A stretch of DNA of 63,536 nt, filler included, from Aduncisulcus paluster (GCA_024181965.1; 8 parts of 8 records of this genome joined end to end with filler, not necessarily neighbours in it); one strand, 5' to 3'. Counted from the whole stretch's first letter, positions 23,937 through 36,809 are shown. Notes: generated by a model not told the origin, from the letters alone. Made by a program: numbers and translations.

Positions 23937-25999
23937 TTATTTCACGTATATTCGAACAGAGGCCTGTGCACCAAGAAGATATGATATTCTTTCTTTAGTA
24001 TATTCTGGGAAGTTTAGCTTCTTCTTCCCACGCTCGTCCTTCGAAGACAATTTTACCCATTCTTTTCCAATAAATTCTTCAAGGATCTTCTTTTCATGAG
24101 CAATGGATGAGCTCACAAATTTCTCCCGATCGGCGGCTTCTTTCTCATCCGGTTGATACGAAACACTGCCTGATTTTACAAGCATATCAATATATTTTCG
24201 GTTAGTACCGGATGAAACCGGCAAAAATACCGGGAAGCATAGATCATGAGATCCTGAACAGGGCGGAACATTTGCACTCCCCATTAATATTAACCCATTA
24301 CCACAAAACAATTTCATTTCAACACGTGATGGTACAAATTTTGATGATGTGAAAGGACAGACCATGTTTATAACACAATGTGAACCACTAAGTCGCTGAG
24401 AACAGACGTCCAATCCAATTCCACCAAACTTGTTGTACACCTTTATACAAGCGGTTATTGCATCCCAATCTTTAACCCAGCTCTCAAGGGAAACACTTTG
24501 GACAAGGATACTGCTGGACCCATGAGAAATATCAAGAACTTCTCCACGCTTTCCGAGGAGAGACTGGAGACGCATTTGATGTTCTTGGAAAGCTGAGGTG
24601 GAGCTCTTTGTGTGGGAGGTTTGTTTTCTATATCTTTCAACTTCTGACTGCGTAGACACAATGGAAATGGCAATGTCAACCTTGACTGGGGCACCTTCAC
24701 TTGGCTCTTTTCCACCTGTCTTGGTCTTTCCTNNNNNNNNNNNNNNNNNNNNCTCAAGGGAAACACTTTGGACAAGGATACTGCTGGACCCATGAGAAAT
24801 ATCAAGAACTTCTCCACGCTTTCCGAGGAGAGACTGGAGACGCATTTGATGTTCTTGGAAAGCTGAGGTGGAGCTCTTTGTGTGGGAGGTTTGTTTTCTA
24901 TATCTTTCAACTTCTGACTGCTTAGACACAATGGAAATGGCAATGTCAACCTTGACTGGGGCACCTTCACTTGGCTCTTTTCCACCTGTCTTGGTCTTTC
25001 CTTTATCCGTTTCTCTGGATGCATTCGATGTACGCTCCCCTCTTCCTCCTCTTCCTCCTCCTTCTTCACGATCGGAAGCCTCATCAGACTCTGAGAGCTC
25101 CTCAAGAGCATCATCTTCGGTTGGTATTCGCGATTGAGCCTTAATATCGTCAAAGGAGAGAGTCATTGGAAGAATCTGAGATATATTGATACGGACAGGC
25201 GAAGATGTTGAAGCGATTGTGAACAAACATCTACCTTCAAACCCGTCATCATAGCAGATATCCATGCATAACTTACTAGGAACCTTACTTTCACGTTTGC
25301 CACGCCGGCCCCCGGTCAATAAAACATCTTGCATCGCTTTTACACGTCGATTTATCGTATATCTTTCTATTTCTTCCCGAGAATATCTTGTTCCAGAATC
25401 AGTACGAAAAGTATCGGTCAGGGGGGATGTCAATGACTCTTCTCCCGAAAATGAAACCTTCTTTTCGGCAGTTTCGGGGGGCAATTGTCGTTTGGAACTG
25501 GAAAATCCACGGTATTTACGGAGGAATCCGAATAAATGAGAAAAGGTACTTTCTGAAGGTATCGTCTTTGCAAATGGGGAATATTCTGTGCGCAAGGGAA
25601 TCTTATCGTCTAAAATAGCACGTATTGGTTCATCTTTTTTAATTGGTGTTAGATCTTCCTTTGGTGTATATATTTTTGTAAAAAGGGTATTTCCGGCATA
25701 TGATGGATTGTTAGACATAATTATAGGAAGGTTACCATAATATCTTCCCATATCTTCCTCATCAAACTCTCCACTGTCCAAATCTTTTTTATAATTTTTG
25801 ACTTCGGATAAGGAAAATATTTTCTCTCCAAATAAAAAGAGAAATGTATCAGATTTGCCTCCACTTAAAATGATATCAGTTAGTTTGAGAATAAGCAATT
25901 ATGAGAAAAGGAAAATACATAAGAATAAAAGACATACATCTTCATTGAAACATTAAACAGAACAGAAGATAAAGGAAGCGGTAGATCGAATGTTTTCAT
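23937..25999 (-). CDS. MKS1: Probable divergent MKS1 (B9-C2 ciliary transition-zone protein); exons 25999-25938 and 25863-23937; contains a gap duplication
   Basis: The 74-nt intron (GTATGT, CTAAC branch, TTTAAG) gives MKTFDLPLPLSSVLFNVSMKIGG. 'FGEKIFSLSEVKNY' resembles MKS1 'WQEKLFSQFEVDLY'. 'GSANVPPCSGSHDLCFPVFLPV...EEFIG' resembles '[24 protein letters not shown]...RFFIGG'. Similarity judged by eye. Confidence 0.5.
24483..25002. other. N20 scaffold gap (24733-24752) with 250-bp duplicated flanks differing by one SNP
   Basis: 24483-24732 is repeated at 24753-25002; CGTAGAC vs CTTAGAC. Confidence 0.9.
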
Positions 26000-26223
26000 A
26001 ACAAACTTACCAATATATAAAAAAAGCTAAGAAAAATAATTGAATATATAAATAAGAATGGACCAAAAAACAGAAGTTTGAATTTCTTGGTGGAATAATC
26101 CAATATAACAGCCATATTTTCATATATTTATGTTTATTTGTCATTTATATAAGTAATAATTACACTAGTTGGACTTGAAATAAAGTTCTTTCTTAGATAC
26201 ATAGTTTTTGTTGTTTTGATGCA

Positions 26224-28898
26224 ATGGCTTCTAATATTACGAGAGAAGGAGATTTTGTTGTCTTTATGATTCGTGAAGAGCATATATATCTCACGAAACT
26301 TACAATCAAAGGGTATGTAAGGTGATTTTATTGTTTTCTGTTTTACAAGTTGTTTATGATGTTATTATAATTTTATATTGGCATATTTTAAGAACTCTTT
26401 CTATCAAAGATCTTAGACTCCCCTCTGATATTTTTGTAGGTCAGCCTTACGGCTCTTATTTCTGTATTGGAGAGGATGGTGTCGTTTCTAAACTGTGTGG
26501 ACAACCCCAACGAGTTGATGTTGGAAAAGGATCTCTAAGAGCTGTTCCTCTTGAAGATCACGGACAATCATTGACATCAACGGATGTTTCCAAACTCAGA
26601 AGCACAATTACTGGAGATAATCATATTTCAAAGGCAACTGACGTAACAATGAAAATTGCTGAAGGATCTGCTTCTTATTCCCTCAAAACTGTCTATGCCA
26701 AGGAAAAATGGGCCACCAAGATGAGAACTCGTCAGTCGTTTGTGTTCCAATTACTCCCTTCTACTCCTATGAGCATTGCTCGCTCTTATCTGACAGGAAT
26801 GAGAAACACTGTTACAAATAGTAATTATATCCTTTCTCCTACGGCTCTTGCGTTTCTTCTCAGACCTATAAATAGAACTCAACATCCTCACATAATGATA
26901 TATGAAGAAACTCGTGGACAATTCACTGCTGCCGTAATGCATCGATTTGGTGCAATGTCTGTCACAACAAAACGTAAGTTGGATGAAATTCTTGAGCAAG
27001 AAGCTAAAGATAGAAAACTTTTGAGAATTGCTGAATCTGAACGTCAAGAAAAAGAGTATGAAGCCCTTTCGGCATCCCTTTCTGATGTCAGTGAGGAATT
27101 GAGAGCTCAGAAACTTGAGGAATACACGACCAAAATAGAATCTGAGAAAGAACATACCCGTAGAGTTGAAGGTCTTTCTGAGGCCTTTAATGCCTTGACT
27201 CAGGTCTCGAATACTTCTGTTGTTGCCATGGGCAATGTAAATAGGAAGATAATGAGGGATAAGTGTCGTGAATTGAATATTACTCATGCAGGGAGCCATC
27301 CTTTCTTGTTACCTGTTCCTCTCGGAAGAATGGTCACAAAGCCAGTGTGGACAAGGATGAAATCACGTCAAGAAGAAGTCAAGAGAGCTAAAATGGAACA
27401 ATTGAGAAAGATACTTGGAGAAACAAAGAAACAAGAAGAGAAGAGAGAAGAAGAGAAGAGAGAAGAAGAGAAGAGAGAAGAAGAGAGAGAAGAAGAAGGA
27501 ATTAGTTCAATTGAGAAAATGATCATTGGAAAAAGGAGAGAAGGAGAGACTAAGCTTGCAGAAGAAGAAGAAGATGGAATAAGCTTAAAGAAACGTTCAG
27601 TTTGTGTTGAGTCTGAAGAGATTCCCCTTGTTTCAAATACTCAGTCAATTATTGTAACATTAAAAGAGCAAGCAGAGGAGAAAGAAGAGGAGAAAGAGAA
27701 AGAGAAAGAGAAAGATGAATTATTTTTCCCGACTTCCGCTTCTTTATCTTCTTTCATCCTCTCTGAGAAAGTCAGACAAGCGTGTCCTAGAATTTCTGGA
27801 AAAGCTCATTGCGAGGAAGTCTTGGACCATGTGTATGGCTCAGGTATTGAGAATAGACTAGCATTGACAAAGGCAGACATCTCAAGAGAATCAGTTCTCC
27901 CCAGTGTTCTAAAGACCTTCCCCCACAATTGTATAGTTCAGGACAGTAGTATGGACAAACCAGTGAAACAAGAAGAAGGAGAGATTAAGAACCTTGGAGA
28001 GTCAAAGAAAGACGAAGAAGGGGTTTCTTTGGATGTGCCTGAAGGTCTTCACCTCCCCGAAGTTTTCCCTAAGTTCCCTGTGTTTTCCCCATCCATACTA
28101 TATATCTGTGCCTTAAATACATCTCCAACACTACTCTTAGAGATCTTACTTCCATTTTGTCATCCCTCAACTTTACTGCTGATGCATTGCCCTTACGTTG
28201 AACCTCTTGTACAAGCCAAGGAAATGCTCATCAAACATAATTTAGCCTGCTTCGTGCATATTTCCACTCCCATTGAGACTGAATATCAGGTATTGCCAGG
28301 CCGGTGCAGACCAGAGATGACCACTTTAGATCGTAATGGGTTCATAATGAGTGCGNNNNNNNNNNNNNNNNNNNNGATTAAGAACCTTGGAGAGTCAAAG
28401 AAAGACGAAGAAGGGGTTTCTTTGGATGTGCCTGAAGGTCTTCACCTCCCCGAGGTTTTCCCTAAGTTCCCTGTGTTTTCCCCATCCATACTATATATCT
28501 GTGCCTTAAATACATCTCCAACACTACTCTTAGAGATCTTACTTCCATTTTGTCATCCCTCAACTTTACTGCTGATGCATTGCCCTTACGTTGAACCTCT
28601 TGTACAAGCCAAGGAAATGCTCATCAAACATAATTTAGCCTGCTTCGTGCATATTTCCACTCCCATTGAGACTGAATATCAGGTATTGCCAGGCCGGTGC
28701 AGACCAGAGATGACCACTTTAGATCGTAATGGGTTCATAATGAGTGCGATATTGTGTGAGAAAGGCAACATGAAATTCTCTGAGACGGAGGGAGATGAAG
28801 GGTTTGGTGGAAGAGCAAGTTGGGATAAAGAAGGGTACATGAAGAGGAAAAGAGTCGGGAAGAAACAGAAGCGAGGAAGAGGAAGAGGAAGAAAGTGA
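26224..28898 (+). CDS. TRM6: tRNA m1A58 methyltransferase non-catalytic subunit TRM6/Gcd10; exon 26224-26312, intron 26313-26392; C-terminus artefactually duplicated around the gap at 28356-28375
   Basis: MASNITREGDFVVF; FVGQPYGSYF; SASYSLKTVYAKEKW; EYQVLPGRCRPEM....GFIMSA. GG|GTATGT...TTAAG|A splice is in phase. Confidence 0.85.
27983..28748. other. N20 scaffold gap (28356-28375) with ~373-bp duplicated flanks, one synonymous SNP
   Basis: CCCGAAGTT vs CCCGAGGTT; otherwise apparently identical. Confidence 0.9.
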
Positions 28899-29138
28899 TC
28901 ATATTTATAATATAAAATTTATATGTTATCACACAACTAACTGAAGCTCGCATATCATATGTGACATCAACTATGTTTGCATGGTTCCATCTGAAGTTGA
29001 ATTGAAGTGCCGATGATGCTGAGAATTGCGTTTTATTCATCAAACAAGAAGCATATTGCAGAGTTTGCCAACATTTAAACGCTTTACTCAGATAGAAAAA
29101 ATAAGTAAATAAGCAATACCAGAAAATAAACAACAAAA

Positions 29139-31246
29139 TTATTCTTTTCGCTTTCTCATTGCTTCATACTGCGGTACAGCACGTCTGTGATGTTGCTGAG
29201 AATGAGGAGCTGGTTGATCCATCACCATACCAGGATCATACTGACCGTGGTACATATCCATCGAGTGAATCATGTCATGTCTAGGCATAGGGGGGTAATG
29301 AGGGTGATACTCGGGTGCAGGAGCGTATCTGTGATCATATTGGGGCTGTGGAGCATACTGAGGAGGCATAGGGTATCCTGGAGCTGAGGGATAGAAATGA
29401 GCATCGTGGGGGGCAGGGTAATAGCCGTAGTCTTGGGGGTGGCCATATCCAGAGTGTGGGGGAGGGTACATGGGAGCTGAGTGGACATATTCCTGATGAA
29501 TATGCTCAGGTCTGGCGTATCTTGGAATAGGGGCAGCACGAGAATGAGCCTGGGGGTAATAGGCCTCGGGAGCCGGCGTTTCATATCTTTTGTAATATTC
29601 GACAAAGGCTCTCTCTTCCTCAACCAATGCATTTCCTTTCTTCTTCAGAATCATAGCACTGTCATGAGCTTCTTTCTTCTTCACGTCGAGATTGGCACAT
29701 TGAGCAAGGAAAGGCGTCAGATCTTTATCTGGATTAGACTTCCGCTGCATGGCAATGAACATCTCCAACTCTTCTTTTTGTTTAGACGTTACTTCGAGCT
29801 GATGGACACACCTGTCGAACATGTCCTTTGTGGATGAGATCTCATGACGAAGCCCTTCAAGAGCCTCAAATGCACTCCCTCCAGGAATTGAAGGACGGAA
29901 TTGGGCACTGGCACTGTGATATTGGGGCTGGGGAGGAGGTGGAGAGGCCTGTGGCTGTCTCTGGTGGATCATAGGGTGTTCTCGGGTTGGAGGGATTGGC
30001 TGGGAACCAACATAATATCCCCCACGCTCGTCCATTGGCCCCTGTTGTTCGTGAAGTCTCATTTGTTGCTGTTGGCGTTCAGCCTGTTCGTGCATGGACA
30101 ATCTCTGAGAAACTTCTCCTTCAATGTCATCCCCATCAAGCGGGGTGGGTCCCATCATTGGAGGATGCTCAAGAGAGGGTTCAGAGGGGAAATAGGGCTG
30201 AGATTCTCGACCACTGGATCCAATGGAGTCGTGATGGGGAGGGGCAGTCTCCACGTGGGGCTGAGATGAATGAAATCCATAACCTTGAGGTGGATGGAAT
30301 GCCTCAGGTTGAAAAGATTGAATATGTCCTATTTGTGGATCATCCAGATGAGAAACTTCACTACCTCCGGTCGGGAGAGATGTTTCGGCGAGTTGACCTC
30401 CTTGAGGATGCTGGGGAATGGATTGTGGGTAAGAATCTTGTGGCGAATGGGTGTGATGCTCTAGATCTTCAAGAGATTGTGGAGAAGGGATGTGATGACT
30501 GGGATCTTGGGATAAGTGAGCAGGCTCAGTATACTCCGGTGGAGGGGAGAATTCTTCTTCATCATCAACAATAAAACCCATATTTTTGCGACGTAACCGT
30601 TCAAATTCAGCACCTGCACCGATATCAAGCTCCTCTTCCTCTTCTTCGAAACTGTTTTCTTCATCGGCGTGCATTGCAAGATGTTTTTCGAGATTATCAT
30701 TAATATCTTCCTCTATTGCTTGAAGTTCTTCATCATTTTTGTCTCTAATTTCTTCAGGAATCCAGGCATCTCGTGAAGATGTTAAATGATCCTTCGGACG
30801 TCTTCCTGGGCCAGAATAAGGTTTTGACTGTTGTGAAGGATTTGTAGACCGAAGAGCAAGGGAAATGCTTGATGAATGGGGATTTGTTGAATTTGAAAAT
30901 TTGGGTGTATAAGGTTGATCTGTTGGTCGGGTCGGGCGAATACGAGTTGGACGCTTTGTAGGACGAACTTTCCCGACTTTAATTATGCTTCGAACACTTT
31001 CTTTGATTATTAATGTGTCAGATTGTTGTAAATGATGATAAATCTTTAGTAATTCATCACGAGAATATTCTTGCGGAGGGGAACCGGCTATATGAGGAAA
31101 ATGAATTTCAATTTGATAATTGAAACGGAAATTTTCAAAAAAAAAGCAAGAAAGAACCAAGAATGAGAATCAAAGGTAAATTTGGAAATAGATACAATTA
31201 TTGGCAAAAAACATTATATTTACATACGTTTATGGTGTTTTGACAT
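29139..31246 (-). CDS. Disordered Pro/His/Tyr/Gln-rich protein with an N-terminal YxxxxLL (eIF4E/4EHP-binding-type) motif; exons 31246-31228 and 31087-29139
   Basis: A phase-matched 140-nt GTATGT...ATAG intron gives MSKHHKPGSPPQEYSRDELLKIY. Central coiled coil and low-complexity tail. Confidence 0.65.
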
Positions 31247-31700
31247 TTAATATTATATATTGATTTAGTATGAGTTTATACGGTCACCCAAACCCAAAAA
31301 TATAAATCTACATTCCGCAGCTTTCCATTTCAATACTCAATGCGGTAAAAGAATTTTAAATATCATTTTATTGATATTTTGTCCATTAATACTTTTCTAT
31401 CTCCATTATTTCAGCTATGGCAGAAAAAACTACTCTAAAATCATTTCTCGAATAATTTAATTAATAATCTCTCCTTCTTGCCAAGTATCTCTTCAGTATG
31501 ATGGAAATTAAGAAGGCAAAATGCCATTTCCATGATGCTATCAAAAGTTATGGGCCTATGGACACCAGAGAAGCTAAAGCAATTCGAAAAGTAGTATCAA
31601 AATTAATAATTATAATAAAAATATAATTTTAGTTTGGAAATCAGATTTATTTTATAATTAAGACTTCTGATAAACCTATACGAAAAAATCATTCAATTTG

Positions 31701-33026
31701 ATGTCCATGAAACGGAGGTTCATTGATGAGCAGCTTGCTCTTCTTGAGGAAGAAGAAAATCAAGAAAAGGAAGCACAAAATGCCTCCATTTTGAAGCATG
31801 CTAAACGAGAAACTGAGGATGATGATGAAGAGTTCGGAGGTTTCCTGAAAGAACTTGATGGAGAAGCTGATGATATTTATATAGATCAAGAGGAGTTTGA
31901 TGAAGGGAGTGAAGAGGAAGGTTCTGAATATCTCGATGGCGGTAAGAAGAAGAAAAAAGCTGGTCGTCGTGGGCGTATCTCTCGTATTGATGAATTTGAA
32001 GAGGAGGAAGAAGGTCCAGGATTAAGATTTGTTCAACGTGCTTTTCTAACCCGTAATTTAGCCTTCCGTTATTGGAGATTCAAATGGTTTAACCAAGCTA
32101 TTTCTGGTTCCTTTGTCAAACTATTATCTCCTAAAATGGTGGCATATGAACCAATTATTGAGTCGGAAAAGCTTGCTTATGTTGTTGGTATAAAGAAAGG
32201 CCCAGATTATCAGATTCCCAATGAAAAGAAAACGATTGAAGCCAAGGATGATCTAACGTACGTTCGCAGTGTTTTCTCCCTTAAAGCATCTCTTGAGAAG
32301 TGTAATGTTTATATTCGAGTCCAAATAGGTTGTCACAAGAAGAATATCAAGATCACAAGCCTGGCCAATATGCCGCCCACTCGCGAACTATACAGAGCCT
32401 TCACCACTGCTTGGAAAGAGATTCCTGCCGGAAGAGAGAAGCCTATTGAGTTCCCTTCTGCCGAGAGTGTCATTGCCAAGGAAGAAGATATTACTGCTAT
32501 GATTGTGTGTGACTATAATCGTTTTGTCAAGAAGGTTGAGACTGTTGGACAAAAGAAGAGGAAATTAGCTGATAAATATACCATGTTAAGAGAAGATCTT
32601 GCCAAAGCCCCTGATGATGCCACCATTACAGAGCTCCATGGACAACTTGTAAAGACTTTGGAGGAGTACCAACGTCTTGAGAAGATCCAACGTGGAACTG
32701 ACCAGGCGGAGGATATTGAGAGGGCCTCAAAGAAAGAATCTAGCATATATAAGTCGCACAGATTGCAGCAAATGAAAGATTTTCGTATCGATTTATTAGG
32801 TGACTCCCGAAGAACACTGAAAACATCACAACCAGTTGTGACAACATCTAAAGCTCCTGTGGAAGAAATGTCCCAAGAAAGGATCGAATTATTGAAATGT
32901 AGAGAAGAGGCAGAGAAGATACTTGATAAATATTGTCTCAGTCGGCTCCATCGAGGGGGAAGAGTGCTATTGGTTGAAGAGAGAGTTGCGCAAAGAACTG
33001 GAAGTCTGTTCAAGCGTGTGAAATAA
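31701..33026 (+). CDS. RTF1: RTF1-like Plus3-domain protein (PAF1 complex-associated)
   Basis: Acidic N-terminus, then LRFVQRAFLTRNLAFRYWRFKWFNQAISGSFVKL ... IKITSLANMPPTRELYRAF ... FPSAESVIAKEEDI, following the Plus3 consensus, then a coiled coil. Confidence 0.7.
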   Translation: MSMKRRFIDEQLALLEEEENQEKEAQNASILKHAKRETEDDDEEFGGFLKELDGEADDIYIDQEEFDEGSEEEGSEYLDGGKKKKKAGRRGRISRIDEFEEEEEGPGLRFVQRAFLTRNLAFRYWRFKWFNQAISGSFVKLLSPKMVAYEPIIESEKLAYVVGIKKGPDYQIPNEKKTIEAKDDLTYVRSVFSLKASLEKCNVYIRVQIGCHKKNIKITSLANMPPTRELYRAFTTAWKEIPAGREKPIEFPSAESVIAKEEDITAMIVCDYNRFVKKVETVGQKKRKLADKYTMLREDLAKAPDDATITELHGQLVKTLEEYQRLEKIQRGTDQAEDIERASKKESSIYKSHRLQQMKDFRIDLLGDSRRTLKTSQPVVTTSKAPVEEMSQERIELLKCREEAEKILDKYCLSRLHRGGRVLLVEERVAQRTGSLFKRVK

Positions 33027-33630
33027 TAAGGCATATCATAAATGACGGGCGAAAATTTATTTCGGAGGAAGTCACTCCAGGTCAAAATGTATTTTCGAAA
33101 AGTTATTCCGTTTAAATCATTTAAAATAAATTTTTATTATATAAAACAATAATATTATTATAATATATAATTATATTTTATGGTTACTCTTATAATATTA
33201 TCTTATTTCCTGAGATAGATTTTTCTTCGTGATTCAATACAAAATTATGATATTTTATTTAATAATTGTATTTAATATGAACAATAAAAACAGAATATCC
33301 TGATTTTCTATATTTAATTCCAATAAATTTTACCGATAAAAAAAATCGAATTTACTCCATAAATAAATAAAATATTTTAATAAAAATTAAAAAATATGTT
33401 GTTTTTCATTATACTTGTGTGAGAATGGCCAAATTATATGGCTGTATGACACAATAATGTCTCTATCTTGGCATGTGATAGACGATAAACCATCTTGGCA
33501 GTGTTTAATGAAATGAATATGATAATATATAAATGTTGATCAGCATCTCTGAGTAAGCCTTACTATACTGCACTGAGTGCATTTCATTATCACCACTTAT
33601 GTAGGACCCAATCGAGAGAACACTGTTCCC

Positions 33631-34072
33631 AAAATTATAAGTAAAAGGTTGACAATATATATACAATTGATTGTTGATATGGGATTGAAATATAAAAAAA
33701 AATTTAAAATTGGTGAATCTGATTGATTCATCTTCTCAATTCTATTTTTAGACAATACTACAACCACCTCCACCACATCCACAGACTGGCATTCTCTTCT
33801 TCTTCCCAACCTTATCAATCCTCAAATGCACAGCTTCAACGNNNNNNNNNNNNNNNNNNNNAAAATTATAAGTAAAAGGTTGACAATATATATACAATTG
33901 ATTGTTGATATGGGATTGAAATATAAAAAAAAATTTAAAATTGGTGAATCTGATTGATTAATCTTCTCAATTCTATTTTTAGACAATACTACAACCACCT
34001 CCACCACATCCACAGACTGGCATTCTCTTCTTCTTCCCAACCTTATCAATCCTCAAATGCACAGCTTCAACG
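33631..34072. other. N20 scaffold gap (33842-33861) with ~210-bp duplicated flanks, one SNP
   Basis: GATTGATTCA vs GATTGATTAA; produces twin ORFs 33597..33818 and 33822..34049. Confidence 0.88.
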
Positions 34073-34994
34073 ACTATCTCAATGTCATCATTATCGAAAC
34101 GAACAAGAACGGACGGTATCGTCCGATTTGTGACACGAACGGCATATCCTTTGCTTTTGCCATCCCCAAGAAGCCCCAATTCAAGGAATTTAGCAATGCA
34201 AGCCTCTTTTGCTTGCTCGAGATGCATGATGGAAGTACCAGAAAGACGAACAGAGGATCGATCGGACAACTTCTTCTTCTTCTTAGCACTAGGAGCAGGT
34301 TCAATTATGCCCTGGTCCAATCCTGCCTGAATGGTCCCACTATCCTTTGACTTTCGACTTAAAATATCATCTCTCTTCATCCTTTCACGTAAGTTTAATC
34401 GATCAAACAGTCCATCACCCGGGAATAGAACAACCCCAAGCTTTCCACAGTCAATGTCTGCTACAATGTCAAGATCACGTTCTGTACAGTACTTCGGGGA
34501 CATAAGTTGTGCCAAAAGGAGTTCTGACGGTGACATATCGGCCGTGGCAATGGCGGATATTTCCTCCTCCTCCTCCTCATCATCAATAGGAACAATACTA
34601 TCTGATGTGTCTTCTTCAGTCGCAAGAGGGACAGTCGTGGCATCGGATGTGTCTCCGTCTAAAGGTACAGATACGTCAGAAATATCAATTTCTGCGTCTT
34701 CACTGCCAACAACACGTTCATCTTCTTCGTCAACACTGACAAGGGGAGCTGTTTCTTCCTCCGATGTGTCCTTCTCATCTCTAATACTAACATGCTCAAA
34801 ATAGAATGATGGCTCACTCACAGACTGTGTCGGTGTCACTGGCCCTTGCCCTTTATCAGTATCCATTTGATCATCAACAGGAACAGGAGCCATCCCACTG
34901 AACTTCCAGTCAGACTCTTTCGAAGGAGAGGCTCTATCAACACGGTGAATCTGAACACGATCGTCGCCATGTTCCTTTGAGAGAGAAGCGCCCG
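33979..34994 (-). CDS. Uncharacterised protein C-terminus ending in a polybasic + Cys + CaaX prenylation signal; 5' truncated
   Basis: Frame open to the contig edge; ends GKKKRMPVCGCGGGGCSIV*. Confidence 0.7.
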
Positions 34995-35094
34995 NNNNNN
35001 NNNNNNNNNNNNNNNNNNNNNNNNNNNNNNNNNNNNNNTTAATTAATTAANNNNNNNNNNNNNNNNNNNNNNNNNNNNNNNNNNNNNNNNNNNN

Positions 35095-36809
35095 GTTTCC
35101 TTTTCCATGAGATACTGACGACGGGCAGCTTCTGAAACACGTTTCCACTCGTCCTCTATCTTCGCTTCCTCTTCAAGACGCTTACGTTCAGCTTCCTCTT
35201 CAAGACGCTTACGTTGAAGGGCTTCCTCAAGAAGAATGGCTCTAGCAACGTCTGCAACACGTCTCCTCTCATCCTCAAGCTTCTGTAAACGTATTTCCTC
35301 GTCTTCTTTTGTCTTGGCCGATGTGATATCGTCTCTTCTGGTCTGAATCTGAACTTTTGCAGCACTCGGAGTTGTAGGAATACTGTGAGGAAGTGGTTTA
35401 GTATATAACAAAGCTTCCTTGACCTTGTTGACTCTCATCCGAGCACTCTCACTACCTTCACTCTTCTTCTCACCCAATTGAATGAATGGCTGGTCTTGTT
35501 GCTGTGGTTTCCTGTCTTTGTTTTGTGGTATCAGAGCACTGACAGGTGTCATTCCATCAACATCTTCTTTGTCTTTGTCTTTGTCTTGCTGAGCCTTCTG
35601 ATGGAGTTTTATAGCAGCGAGTTCAGAATACTTCATGGCAACACTTCCAGGTGTTGGTGGCGGATGTGGATAAGGATTTGGAACACAAGGGAGAGGAATG
35701 AAGAACATTTGAGCGACAGAAGGAGACACAACATGCGGTAGATTGGTTAAGGGAGGAACATAGGATCGGAGAGGAGGACCACGAGTGGACGGGACATAAG
35801 ATGATGGATGAACTCGACATTTAGACCTTGATTTGAGACCATGGTTCCATGGTTTGGGTTGAGACGATTGTTTCTTTTCACATCCTTGACGGCGTAATCG
35901 TTTTCGATCATGACCACAAAACAACACTAGAAACCGCCTTGTCAATGCAACCAAATTCCGAACACTTACCTGAGTAGGTTTGCGAAGGATGAAGAACACT
36001 CCATTTCTGTGGACAAGAGGATCTGGATGCCTCAGTTCTTGATCATCACCAACAAGATCACCATCGTGCCGGTCAATATGACGTGTAATATCGTCTTGAA
36101 CGTTTGGATGTTCCTCAATTGGCATGGTTATATGCTCTGAATGTGTATGTGATGAGAGAGCGGATGGAAATGGCGATGATAAAGCAACTGGATGTTGAAC
36201 TTGGGAGGTTATCGATCTTCTGATCTCCTGTGAACATAAGCATATATAAGCGGCGGCAGATACTGGGAAAAAGTCAGCAACACTCTTTGAAAGAGCAAGG
36301 AGAAACTGGATCCACTCGGAATTACTGAAGACTTCAGAGTAACATGAGCTGAGAAGCACCCAACACATATCCCGCACATCAATACGCATATCGTTTGTTA
36401 AGAGATGATATAAGGAAGGGTCATATCGTTGAATGCATTTTGAAGCAATATCTAGAGCGGGAATAGGAGCTTTCGGGAAATATGAAAACCAACTTCGACA
36501 ATAATTTATGAGAATCGTGACAACAGTTTCAAAGGCAGAGAGAGTATCGATACCATAAAGATGCACAAAGGGGAAAACAAAATTTGGAAGCCATGAACAT
36601 GACAATGAAGAAGGAAACCAGTGCCCTAATATGCTTAAAAGGCGAGAAAACCGTCTAAATAATTGATCATTTTTAATCGGATATAATGCTCTTAGATTTT
36701 TTAGCCCTGGATGAGTTCCCTTCGAGGCTAAAGGGGTAAATGAATCCCGATTACATGGCAACTGTAATAAATAACGTAAAAAAACTCTAAATTCGTCAAT
36801 GTCTATCAT
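35095..36809 (-). CDS. TBC1D31: TBC1D31 (WDR67)-like centriolar Rab-GAP-domain protein; 3' truncated; no N-terminal WD40 region evident
   Basis: LLQLPCNRDSF..L.SKGTH....L...YPIK...L.R...RLLSILGHW.......LP.FVFPFV.L.....L.AFE.V.TILINYC..WF.YFP.AP follows the TBC1D31 TBC domain closely. C-terminal coiled coil. Confidence 0.82.

Noticed and set aside
27983-28748. Internal domain duplication in TRM6 (likewise in the MKS1-like and giant ORFs)
   Set aside because: Near-identical flanks either side of an N20 gap indicate scaffolding overlap.
28920-29030. Box C/D snoRNA candidates (several CTGA; similar at 33520-33580)
   Set aside because: No clear RTGATGA box with terminal stem, and the guides cannot be verified without host rRNA.
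31498-31626. Upstream ORF as a first exon of RTF1
   Set aside because: No consensus donor and no AG acceptor in the open part of the downstream frame; ATG 31701 is sufficient.
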